From positions 24,622 through 88,621 of the IMG/VR virus record IMGVR_UViG_3300032053_000025: a stretch of DNA of 64,000 nt. One strand, given 5' to 3'. A model generated the notes under the pieces. It was not told where the DNA came from. It saw only the letters and a program-made list of their open reading frames with translations, and ran no database searches. The first letter of the stretch is position 1. Each line of letters opens with the position of its first letter. The position numbers and the translations under genes are program-made. Shown in pieces: positions 39,943 through 49,745 of this stretch. The stretch is from a virus.

Positions 39943-41589
39943 TTAAACGCCCGTTTTACAGTGGCGTTTTTGTACTTCTGATTCCGGCGTTGAAAAGCCG
40001 GCGAATTCTATTAGGAATTCTGCGATGGAAAAAACTTCGATACTTTGATATAAATGGTCTTCTTTTGCTATACAAACAAAAACCACTCCATCTGATCGGA
40101 CCATCGATACTACTTTTTGAATTTGCTCATCAAATTTATAATCTAGAGGCATAAACAAAAATCCATTATAAGCCAAATGGCAGAATCGTTCATGAGCCCA
40201 AAATTTCATTTTCTCGAATCGCTTGATTAGTTGGTGATTCTCGTCCCGTTTAGGTTTTCCATCATCGTCAAGAACATAACCGACTTCAATGTTCTCATTA
40301 AATGAAACCCGGATTAATTTTTTATTATCAATTTCAGGGTCTGCCTCTAAACTATTTAATATGCTACGGCCACATCCATCAGTACTATCTATCGATATAT
40401 ACGGTGCCTTAAATTTCTCATATAAAAATTTAAAAATTGGTTCTTGCTCAACATTAGTAAGCCCACGTAAAGTTATATTATAAAGATATCTCCATTTCTT
40501 ATTTACTAACGCCCATACCATAATTTCTGTGATTCCAATATCACTAATATCGGCAGATACTATTATTTTGTCGGCATTGGGTGGTCGATCTACGATAATT
40601 CTATGTTTGTAAAGAAAAAAATTCTTTTTATTTAATTCATAGTTCTTTATTGTATTGGCTTCGTCTAATTCCCCGTTAGCTTTATGCGGATACACCAAAT
40701 CCCGCAACCTTTGCATATCAAAAGCTACTTCGGTATTTTGAATAACTTCTCCATCCACATATATCTTGAACGGAATACTTAATTCTCCACCATATTTTTT
40801 AATAGCATTTTGTCTTTGTTTCAAATTAAAGTCGGGATTTATCATCTGTGGAAGATTTAATACTCTTCCTTTTTTTCTATTCTCAACATCATAAAACTGT
40901 TTACCTGCTGGGGATAAATCCGTAAAATCGGTCATTCCACTTACTCGAAATACCGTTCCGGCAGAATGAATTGAATCTTGCCGTTTTTCATAAACTATAT
41001 CTGACTCTAAACTAGCTTCTTCGACCACAAGCCGTTTGAAATGTTTTTGCAAAAACTGGTCGCCTGCTCGGGTTCCACAAGCGACATTCATGTTTACACT
41101 TTGTAAAACCGTTCCTAATTTGGTGGTAATATAATAACTACGATCAATAGAAGCAATAAAATGCTCCAAAATTGGATGACTTTCAAAAGCTTTAACAATG
41201 GGTTCTAGTGCACCTTTTAAATGCCCCATATCAAAAGAACTGAACCCCATCGATTCGTTGACGGCAAATAAAATATAGAGGCAGGAATCTATTTTCGAAA
41301 TAAAGGCGGTCTTGCCGTAATTCCTAGCCGCAAAATTATAAATCGAACCACAATTACTCCGCATTTCCATTTTTTCTTGTTCGGATAAATTAGTGCCCTC
41401 TAAGGCCAAACCATACTCATGTGATAGCAATGGAAATTGACCTAAGCGAGTCTTAACAAATTTATCCTCGGAGAACGATGTAAGGTTATCTACACTTGAA
41501 AATAAAGTTTCAGCGAGTGCGATACTGTCGGTCATCGTTTCGATCATACGACGATCTTCGTCGGTCAAAATAATTTTAGGTTCAAGCAT
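39943..41589 (-). CDS. terL: terminase large subunit
   Basis: Walker A AARNYGKT, Walker B LVVEEA, nuclease VSADI, IDSTD.CG, EDHL. Confidence 0.8.
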   Translation of the reverse strand: MLEPKIILTDEDRRMIETMTDSIALAETLFSSVDNLTSFSEDKFVKTRLGQFPLLSHEYGLALEGTNLSEQEKMEMRSNCGSIYNFAARNYGKTAFISKIDSCLYILFAVNESMGFSSFDMGHLKGALEPIVKAFESHPILEHFIASIDRSYYITTKLGTVLQSVNMNVACGTRAGDQFLQKHFKRLVVEEASLESDIVYEKRQDSIHSAGTVFRVSGMTDFTDLSPAGKQFYDVENRKKGRVLNLPQMINPDFNLKQRQNAIKKYGGELSIPFKIYVDGEVIQNTEVAFDMQRLRDLVYPHKANGELDEANTIKNYELNKKNFFLYKHRIIVDRPPNADKIIVSADISDIGITEIMVWALVNKKWRYLYNITLRGLTNVEQEPIFKFLYEKFKAPYISIDSTDGCGRSILNSLEADPEIDNKKLIRVSFNENIEVGYVLDDDGKPKRDENHQLIKRFEKMKFWAHERFCHLAYNGFLFMPLDYKFDEQIQKVVSMVRSDGVVFVCIAKEDHLYQSIEVFSIAEFLIEFAGFSTPESEVQKRHCKTGV

Positions 41590-41597
41590 AATTATAT

Positions 41598-41759
41598 TTA
41601 GTCTTCTGAGCCGGCAAAGAGGTCCTTCAAAAATTGAGGTATCTCAACTTCACCGAATTGAGTATTGCAATTTAAGCATCTTCCATTAAAAAGAGTATGC
41701 TCTTGTTTACATCCTTTACATCTTCCGAAGCGATAATCGTTGTCTTTTTCTTTACACAT
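41598..41759 (-). CDS. small Zn-ribbon protein (53 aa)
   Basis: Hand-translated MCKEKDNDYRFGRCKGC..GRCLNC..; GGAG RBS. Confidence 0.6.
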   Translation of the reverse strand: MCKEKDNDYRFGRCKGCKQEHTLFNGRCLNCNTQFGEVEIPQFLKDLFAGSED

Positions 41760-41781
41760 CAAATTACTCCATTAATTGAGA

Positions 41782-42495
41782 TTATTGTAAAAGGTAAAAA
41801 TCTATAAGATCGTTATAAACTTTCCCAGTAACACTATCAGTAGCTAATTTAACAGTCAGCATATGCTTCCCATTCAATAAACCAGAAACATCAAATTCGC
41901 CATTTACCAACTCATAAACTAAAGACGAAGTTTCAACAGTCAGCCGAGGGGCAACTTCTGAATCAACAAATACTTTTAAATATCCAGTATCACCACTTTC
42001 TTGAACTTTCAATGAGGCGATTACTCTAACTTTTTTAGGTGCATATTTGCCCGTAACTTTAGATAAAGCAGTTTCAATAATTCCCACATCAGCAACACCA
42101 ATAACACACTGCTCCTCTTCTCCACCAACATAAGGTGTGGCTTTAACATCATCCTCACATTTAGCTAAGGTTACTAAACCATCTTTTAATTTTTCCACAT
42201 CATCAATGCGACCCAATTTGACATTCGGGAGTTCACCAGTAACTTTTAATGTAGCCAAATCCACCCCACCATCGGCTATTTTAGATCCACCAACGGCCCC
42301 ATCTTTAATTTTTGCAGCTTCTACTGCATCATCCGCTAATTTATCAACATTAACTGCACCATCGGCTAATTTTATTGCGGGCAATTCGCCCACAACTTTA
42401 ACTGAGGCCAAATCAATAGCACCATCAGCTAACATATCCGCGTTAATTGTTCCTGCCGCAATGAAGGCAGTTGAAACTTTTCTTAGATTTAACAT
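41782..42495 (-). CDS. repeat-containing fibre/decoration protein
   Basis: (K)LADGAV-type 10-aa repeats and beta-sandwich C-terminus. Confidence 0.65.
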   Translation of the reverse strand: MLNLRKVSTAFIAAGTINADMLADGAIDLASVKVVGELPAIKLADGAVNVDKLADDAVEAAKIKDGAVGGSKIADGGVDLATLKVTGELPNVKLGRIDDVEKLKDGLVTLAKCEDDVKATPYVGGEEEQCVIGVADVGIIETALSKVTGKYAPKKVRVIASLKVQESGDTGYLKVFVDSEVAPRLTVETSSLVYELVNGEFDVSGLLNGKHMLTVKLATDSVTGKVYNDLIDFYLLQ

Positions 42496-42519
42496 TTTAT
42501 TTTTCCTCCGAAAAATTTT

Positions 42520-42879
42520 TTATCCTATTGCCCACAATCTAATTTTTCCGTGGGACTTCAAATATATCTTATTTCTTTCAATCTGATTAAATGGCAATGC
42601 TTCACCGGCATATAAAACTCCGTCCACTTTGTTGCCATCCCAACTAAATAAAAGAACATTTGCCGAATCGTTTGATATTTGCACATTAGAAGCACTGAAT
42701 CCAAACTCAATTAATTGCCATTGAGGGCCTTCTAAGTTATTTTCATCATACATTTCAAAAAACCAATTGGTGCCTAATGCCTGTTTGAGTTGCAAAAGTT
42801 GAGAAGCTACATTTAAGCCTTTATAAGAGGCATTGGTATCAACTTGCAGATTTTTTAGCAACTCATTATTAAGTTCCAT
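42520..42879 (-). CDS. structural hypothetical protein (beta-sandwich)
   Basis: ISNDS..FSWDG..G.LYAGE. Confidence 0.55.
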   Translation of the reverse strand: MELNNELLKNLQVDTNASYKGLNVASQLLQLKQALGTNWFFEMYDENNLEGPQWQLIEFGFSASNVQISNDSANVLLFSWDGNKVDGVLYAGEALPFNQIERNKIYLKSHGKIRLWAIG

Positions 42880-43720
42880 CGGATTCTCTATCTGTAGATT
42901 CCATTAAAGGGTCTATATTCTCAGTGCAATAAAGCTTGCGTTCTAACCATTTTCCATAAGAGTCATCCTGGCATTGACTGCCAAGTAAAACTTTGCATAC
43001 ATCAAGTAAGGTTATTTTGGATTCTTTATATAAGTTCCACAGCCAATCATTAGCTAGAATTTTATCCCTGAAAAAACTGTGTTTGAGAACGTCGTATGCC
43101 TCTGGGCGAAGGAGAAATAATAATGGTTTCCCGCAACTTGGACACTCCTTGTATTTGGAAACCTGGTTCAGTTCTTCGCTCCAAATTTTCATTTTTTTCA
43201 ACCATTGATTCCACTCAACCAATGGATCGTTCTTCTTCTTCTCTTCCGATAGTCCCAACAATTTTTTAATTTCAATTACTTTAGTGGTAAGTTCGGCTAA
43301 CGATCTCAATTCATTAATTGGCACCCTGGGATTTGTACCATTTCTCTGTGCATCTATGGCTTCCCTATTAAGAAAAGTTTGAATTCTATGAATCTGGGTT
43401 TCAAAATTAATACATGATTTCAATAAATCTTTATCCGATTCATTGGTAATATTATTTCCAGTAATATATTTATTAAAAAGAGTTAACGCAAAGGCCGCCT
43501 CTTCAGAACCAACCCAAGTACCGACCTCATTAGTAACCATTTCAATAATCGTGGGTTCTGCCGGAGTTGCATTAACAATGGTTCCATATTTCATATTGAA
43601 TTTTTCTTTCGCCACTCGCTCAAATTCTTCTACCGGCAAATTTGCAAAGGCCGGGAACACTTTTAATTTGGCTTTATAAGATTCAAAACTAATATGGGCT
43701 TTTTCGATTTTTTTCTTCAT
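42869..43720 (-). CDS. putative terminase small subunit-like protein
   Basis: First gene of packaging arm; helical with LLGLSEE and CPSCG; function inferred from synteny only. Confidence 0.4.
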   Translation of the reverse strand: MKKKIEKAHISFESYKAKLKVFPAFANLPVEEFERVAKEKFNMKYGTIVNATPAEPTIIEMVTNEVGTWVGSEEAAFALTLFNKYITGNNITNESDKDLLKSCINFETQIHRIQTFLNREAIDAQRNGTNPRVPINELRSLAELTTKVIEIKKLLGLSEEKKKNDPLVEWNQWLKKMKIWSEELNQVSKYKECPSCGKPLLFLLRPEAYDVLKHSFFRDKILANDWLWNLYKESKITLLDVCKVLLGSQCQDDSYGKWLERKLYCTENIDPLMESTDRESDGT

Positions 43721-43754
43721 TTTAAACTTAAATAGTGCAATGGGTTATATAAAA

Positions 43755-43822
43755 TAAAAAAGCCACTAAATATGCAAATTGGCATAGTTTCTTCCTATGC
43801 TAATTCACAGATCAAGTGGCTT
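43755..43822 (-). terminator. long hairpin + U6 ending the large RNA
   Basis: AAGCCACT...AGTGGCTTTTTT with inner GCATAG/CTATGC stem. Confidence 0.65.
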
Positions 43823-44741
43823 ATACCTATTTAACTAAGTTTAACCCGGATACCGGAAACTCAATAATGCTAAATAGTAAAGTATTTGTCTGTTAGTTTG
43901 AACTCAATTGTAAAATCCTGTAAGAGTATGGTTAAAACCCGATTTTCCATCGGGACCCTAATTTAGTTTATGGTTGTTTTACCAGATTAAACTACCACAC
44001 CTTACGGTGCAGGATATTTAAGAACCGATTACGCGATGCCCTCGGTTCGGGCCTCGAACCCTCTTAACCATAATGGTTTGGGCAATCCCCATATTATGTA
44101 GTGATTACCCTAAAGTTTTAATATCCTTTGTCCGAATATCCACCTGTGGTGGGTTTAAACCAAGGATTTCGTTCTGCAAACCAAGAATCTTTTTCCATGA
44201 AATCTGCCTCCAAATTTAACGGGTTCTTTGGGGAGGACAACCCGTAAGACTCTGCAAATTAACCTAATCTACTCCTTTGGTTAATTATTCCAAAGTATCC
44301 TATTCGATTAAGCCTATCTTTTGACTACTCCCCTTCCTCAGTGGCGACCTGAATAGGAACGGTTCGGGTTTCGTCGGTATAATATTTCCGGCATAAGCCG
44401 GTACTACATCAAGTCCTCAGCCTAAAGAGTAGGCACCCAATTTTCGAGATTGGGGATCAGAACCGGGTTTTGGCAAGACCTGACTTAGGAGGTCCCGTTA
44501 TCTTGCCGAGGTGAGACTAAAAACCACCTTTGCGGTGGCAGAGGATAGTTTTATGGAACCCTTGGAAAGAATCCCTAACTATCCTTGGTTGATTATAACC
44601 CTCTTTATGCTTACCACTTACAAGTGGCAGATAATAAAGAAGGAGCAAATAATTGAGGACATCATACATCTATGAAAGATAGCATATTTGAGGGAATATC
44701 CCTGCCGAAATCTTAGACAATAGACACTCTATATGTCCTCA
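43755..44741 (-). ncRNA. large (~990 nt) highly structured RNA, family unassigned
   Basis: No ORF >=60 aa; consensus promoter upstream, terminator at end; >15 stems incl. nested multibranch domains; raised GC. Confidence 0.75.
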
Positions 44742-44746
44742 TTATA

Positions 44747-44775
44747 AGTATACCACATGAAACCTTAATTTACAA
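44747..44775 (-). promoter_or_regulatory. sigma70 promoter of the large RNA
   Basis: TTGTAA-17 nt-TATACT with extended -10 TG. Confidence 0.75.
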
Positions 44776-44930
44776 GTATTTTGCCCATTTATTTTCACCA
44801 ATAATAAACCTAAGTGCTATATAAGGTTAGGTGGAAAAGAACACATGGTAGTGAAAAATAGTTTATTTAAATATTACTGATTATTGATGTAAAGTGATTT
44901 TTTTGGCTTGAAAATTGTAGTTTACAAGGA

Positions 44931-45590
44931 TTATCTCTTTAATCTATCAGTTCCCTCCACCGTCACATTCCCCTGCGATTTTGGTAATTCTCCCACATAT
45001 GCACAAGGCCACGGAAGGCCGCAGACAACACAATAACCATGCAATTTTCCTTCTTGTGGGTTATGCTCACCCCCACAACAAGCTCGGTGAGCTATGGTCT
45101 GAGCAGTTCGCTCAATTAAGTTCCCTTGTGATTTCAGGGCGGAGAGTTCGTTGGATAAATCTATAACATTTTTCGCGTTTGCTCTTGCTTCTTTCCACGC
45201 TTCTGTTTCGTCTAATAATCGTTTTACATCTGCAAGCTCCGTATCCTTGGCGGAGAGTTCGGATTGGAGCTCCGCAATCTCATCATGCAACTCATCCACA
45301 ATCCCCACATGAGCAATCAGGGCGGCATCGAGAGATTTGTTCCAACTCTCTTGTTGTGGTGTTAACATTGTTTCTGGCGGTCTAATTTTCTCTTGCGAGG
45401 GCCAGTCCGATGATGCTGATAGGACGGCTTCGGTGAAGGAGAGTAAAATATTTCCATCATCAGATACAATAACCGTCTTATTACCTTTACAAGCTGGACA
45501 AGTTATCTTTGCTGATGATGACACACTCTCTGGGTTATCAATGGTTCCTAATCCCCTACAACTTGGACAAACAATAGGATATGTTCTCAC
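44931..45590 (-). CDS. DnaJ-type Zn-finger + coiled-coil protein
   Basis: CPSCRGLG, CPACKGNK, coiled coil, C-terminal CC..H..CVVC; GTG start after GAGG. Confidence 0.6.
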   Translation of the reverse strand: MRTYPIVCPSCRGLGTIDNPESVSSSAKITCPACKGNKTVIVSDDGNILLSFTEAVLSASSDWPSQEKIRPPETMLTPQQESWNKSLDAALIAHVGIVDELHDEIAELQSELSAKDTELADVKRLLDETEAWKEARANAKNVIDLSNELSALKSQGNLIERTAQTIAHRACCGGEHNPQEGKLHGYCVVCGLPWPCAYVGELPKSQGNVTVEGTDRLKR

Positions 45591-45636
45591 TTCCGCACCT
45601 CTCTTTTTAAATATGGTTAAAATAATCCTCACTTAT

Positions 45637-45665
45637 AGTATAACATAAGTTTACTTAGTTTGCAA
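45637..45665 (-). promoter_or_regulatory. sigma70 promoter
   Basis: TTGCAA-17 nt-TATACT. Confidence 0.7.
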
Positions 45666-45669
45666 GTTT

Positions 45670-47330
45670 TGTTCAGAAAAATAATATACCATTAAATCTC
45701 ATTTCTCCAAAATCCCTAGAAATTCATAAACCATCAAAATTTACACACCTTATATATACGCCAATTTATATCTTATTTTTTTCACCCTATTATATAGAAA
45801 ATATGTTATTTGTCTTTATTGATTATTTACCTATGTTACATAATATACTCTCCCTAGAGGGAGAGTTAATAGTTTAATTAAGGGATCTCTTTAATAGAGA
45901 TCCCTATTAACTCTTTTAGTTATATTATTGAAAAGCATAATATAACTAGGTATTTCTAATCGAAATACCACTTCTAGCTTTTTAAAATTATATAAATAAA
46001 AACAAGTAAAGATTTAATAATGGAGATAATAAAGTAGATGATATTAAAGTGATAATAAGCGTCGGCCTCAAAGCTGAATAAACCCAATATAATTTATGGG
46101 TGCCTTCCAGGATTAGAACAGGTACCTGCTAAATCCAACCTACCCGGGGTAGCTACTATCATTTCATACAATTCTATGTATAATAATCTACAACAATGAA
46201 GCTATTAATAAGCTTAATCAACTCATACTAATTTAGTATTAATTAGGAGTTTAATAGTAATTGAGCTTGATAAAGAATAAATACATAACAAAATTGATAA
46301 GTTAATGTATTGTTGGGTAATTACTGAATAGTACTTATTAGTAATTAACCGGTAATTAAAATACCATATTGTAGATTCCACGGAATGGTTTGATATAGGT
46401 TGATAAGGTTTGAATAAATAGTGATAATAAAATCAAATAAAGCATAAAATAACCCAAATGCCCAAATTAAGGCATAGGATAGGCAAGGTTGCATTATTAT
46501 TAAAAAGAGTATGGATATGGCTTAAAATAATTTAAATGGCAAGGACAAGCCTTAGAACGATAATTTGAGGCATTGTAGTAACCATAATTAAAGTTTGGCA
46601 TAGGAATTCCAGGAAGTATAATAATTAAGATTAGATTAAATAGCATAATTAATTGTCAGATAGATCAATAATCATAATAAAATGAGCAATTAATTGGAGA
46701 AAATAATGTAAAGGATGTTAAAGATTGCATAAGGATGGTAAGTAAAAGTAGATAAAAGTAAAGAATGTTAAGGTTAGCATATTGGTAGGGAAAGGATAGG
46801 ATAATATACACCATAAATAAGGCTATAAAATAGATTAAATACTGTAAGAGGCGGAGTCTTGCAAGGTTGGAAAATTTAAAGTAGAATATGAGTATGGAAT
46901 GAGTATGGTAAGGTTGGATAAATGCCGATAATTGGATGATTATTCATCGATAGAGTATAACCGTGGTATGTATTTTGAGGCAGATCGGCGGGCTTGCTAA
47001 AACGGACCCGCCGGGGGTAGGGTATAGGTAAACTATTGCAGTATAACATAATAGAGTCTTATAATCTAATAGAGATTATAATACAAACATGACTTTTTTC
47101 CACCACCATTTTTTAATGCAAATGATTGATAAATTATACCTATAAATTACAATAGTAAGTATGTTTTATACTCACTATTTAAGCATAAGTAAGTAGATAA
47201 ACTACTTACTTTTTAAGCATAGTTTGCCCCGTTTACTACTCATTAATAGAGGATATTATACCTGTATAATTAATGTTTCTAATCAATCTATTTAATGTTA
47301 TTTATTGTGATATTTTAGGTTAGTTATAAC
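45670..47330. other. AT-rich non-coding region with clustered palindromes (origin or genome-end candidate)
   Basis: No ORF; inverted repeats 45847-45866, 45881-45905, 45917-45948, 46140-46152; lies at the strand divergence. Confidence 0.5.
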
Positions 47331-47333
47331 AAT

Positions 47334-47451
47334 AAAAAAGCCTAAGTAATTAAACTTAGGCTTTCTTTTGACTCTGTAAAGGGGAAGGTTAACGCTCATT
47401 TTATGGTTGAGTAACCAGTTATTTTAGTCTGATACTTCCTATCCTTTACAG
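47334..47451 (-). ncRNA. candidate small RNA (~118 nt)
   Basis: Promoter TTGACA-17-TATACT (47484-47456), closing stem CTGTAAAGG/CCTTTACAG, terminator AAGCCTAAG/CTTAGGCTT+U. Confidence 0.6.
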
Positions 47452-47537
47452 TTAAAGTATACATCATACTTTACTATTTGTCAAGAAAATAACCAACTTT
47501 TCTTAGGCTTACCAATTAGATACTATTAGGCCTCTTA

Positions 47538-47804
47538 TTATCTATTACACCTAGGAATAAATGCTTTTACTCTTGCATGCCTGTATACTTGACTATAACC
47601 ATGCAAATACGCGTCTTCATGAGCCTTAGTACTATTAGGATAAATTTTGCCGTTCAATTCCCCGAATTGATAAACTGTTTTATTATGCAACTTACGCGGA
47701 ATAAATACCGATAGTTCCGCTTGGCCGTCAGGTAAACACCCAGTTGTACTACTTACGCTCCATTTACCTTGTGTTACTATTATGCTTGAATTATAGGGGA
47801 TCAT
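47538..47804 (-). CDS. hypothetical early protein
   Basis: GAGGAGG RBS. Confidence 0.6.
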   Translation of the reverse strand: MIPYNSSIIVTQGKWSVSSTTGCLPDGQAELSVFIPRKLHNKTVYQFGELNGKIYPNSTKAHEDAYLHGYSQVYRHARVKAFIPRCNR

Positions 47805-48077
47805 TTTAGCACCTCCTCTTATTGAATAGTTATTAATAAATTTTCGATCCTCCTGTTAAATTAGCCCTGCTATTCTTGCATTAGTCAAGTCAATTAATTC
47901 TTGATCTGTAATAAGTTTCATCATGTAAGATTTTTCAATAGTAATCTTACGGTGACAAATTGCCCATAAAACCAACTTATGTTGTAATCGTTCAACGCTC
48001 AAATTTTCTAAGATATTATTTTGAACCATTTTAAGCCTCCCTTTTTTCCTTCGGTTGCTTTTACCTTCTACAATTAA

Positions 48078-48105
48078 AGTATACCCTATTTTTTCTATTT
48101 GTCAA
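48078..48105 (-). promoter_or_regulatory. sigma70 promoter (inverted copy of 50644)
   Basis: TTGACA-16 nt-TATACT. Confidence 0.75.
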
Positions 48106-48167
48106 GCTTAAAATTAATAATAATTCCATTATTTTTGTAAACTTATAAACAAGGTTGCTATTTTACC

Positions 48168-48196
48168 TTGACATTTCAGAAATTCTCTGTTATACT
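48168..48196 (+). promoter_or_regulatory. sigma70 promoter
   Basis: TTGACA-17 nt-TATACT. Confidence 0.8.
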
Positions 48197-48351
48197 CAAG
48201 CTACAGTAAGCACCTTGTGCAATTGTGCAAAATACACTTTAAAAAATATTTTAAGAAGTATGAGGATATTGAAAACATCCCTATATAGAAACATAAAAAT
48301 TGGCAATGGAATTTTGATTATATGCTTAAACAATAAATTACAAATATTTTC

Positions 48352-48380
48352 TTGACAAAATTGAAAATGCAGGTTATACT
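48352..48380 (+). promoter_or_regulatory. sigma70 promoter
   Basis: TTGACA-17 nt-TATACT directly before RBS of 48402. Confidence 0.8.
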
Positions 48381-48401
48381 TTAAACACAAGGAGGAATAA
48401 A

Positions 48402-49048
48402 ATGGATATAAAAGAATTACAGAAAATCATCCCTGAAGCGCAAACAGTAAAAGATAATTTTGGCGGAGATTATTATTTTATCCCCGCTGAGATATTGAGC
48501 AAGCGGAAAGCTTGGAATAAATATTCAAAACTTGGTTTTATTCCTTGTTTAAATAGGCAATATTTGCAAAAAGGAAATATATATCTATACAATAATACTC
48601 TAAAGAATTACTTGGTTATTAACATTTCTTAAAAGGAGGCTTATGTATATCAAAATGATTATATCTATTGCAGGTGGCAAGATCAGAGCGGTCAAAAAGT
48701 TTCGAGATGGCCAAGGTATAGCAGTATTATTTAAGGAGTCTTCCGGCAATGTTGCAGTAATGACTAAACAAGGGAAAATAAAATTTTGTAATATTAACCA
48801 AGCAAATATGTTTTTAAGGAGGCTATAAAATGAAACAATGTAAACTATCACAAGAAACCCAGGCAATTTTAACCGCAATTTTGATCGAAATTGAGCATGT
48901 AAGAAACCAGGCCAACGAACGCCAGGACTTCCCACCTTCAGATTATCCTTACCGGCCTTGTCAAGCAATCATCGCCGGCCATCTAGGTTTTGAAAACCGG
49001 AACGAATGGCATACCACCGAATTTTTAGGATTTGAGGCTAAATTATAA
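48402..49048 (+). CDS. three small early genes (48402-48632, 48643-48828, 48830-49048)
   Basis: Each preceded by AAGGAGG. Confidence 0.65.
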
Positions 49049-49059
49049 AACAAATCTCC

Positions 49060-49088
49060 TTGACAAAATAACATCTATATGCTATACT
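49060..49088 (+). promoter_or_regulatory. sigma70 promoter
   Basis: TTGACA-17 nt-TATACT, extended -10 TG. Confidence 0.8.
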
Positions 49089-49419
49089 TCAAATGTATAA
49101 TGTAACAAACCTTAGTAAGCCTGTTAGTCAGGCGGGAGGTAATTATGCAAAGGAAAGTATAAAGCTCTTATTTTACCGGCAGCCGGGAGTTAAGCATTAA
49201 TAACAGATAAATCTTGTGCGGAGCCTTTAAGGGTGATGATAGACAAGATATTGATCTAAGCCTATACTCCCGGCCTTTTTAAATTAAGGATATTATTTAT
49301 AGGGAATTGTGGCGTGGTAGCCTGTCTTCCTGGTGGAATAGAAACTGTTCAATTCAGTTTCGAGGTGCAATGACCAGTTGCCTTTCCTTCTATAATTGGG
49401 GATATAAATAGGGGGGTTA

Positions 49420-49731
49420 ATGATGGAACGAAGAAAAAGGAAAAAATCAATATTTACACCTAATGATTTTGTAATGATTAAACAACGCGAGCTAGATAAA
49501 ATGGAAATTAAACGTACTAAAGATCAGCAATCTATATCTAAGGAATTTATAATAAGTTTAGATAAAAGCCCTATAGTAAAATTGGCTTATATGAGAATGT
49601 GCTTAGACTTTTCTTTGCCTATACCAGTTAATCGATGGGTTGAATTTGTAGATTTATTGGTATTGATTAGGCAGAAAATAATTGATCATCATTTACAATC
49701 GCAAATGAAAGATGTTTTTCAAACCGTTTAA
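49420..49731 (+). CDS. hypothetical protein
   Basis: GGGGGG RBS-like, 103 aa. Confidence 0.5.
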   Translation: MMERRKRKKSIFTPNDFVMIKQRELDKMEIKRTKDQQSISKEFIISLDKSPIVKLAYMRMCLDFSLPIPVNRWVEFVDLLVLIRQKIIDHHLQSQMKDVFQTV

Positions 49732-49745
49732 CTAAGGAGGCTCAA

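Noticed and set aside
43755-44741. Large RNA as RNase P, tmRNA, rRNA or group I/II intron
   Set aside because: No GAGGAAAGUCC P4 strand, no tRNA-like ends with CCA, no flanking exons or recognisable group II domain V seen by eye
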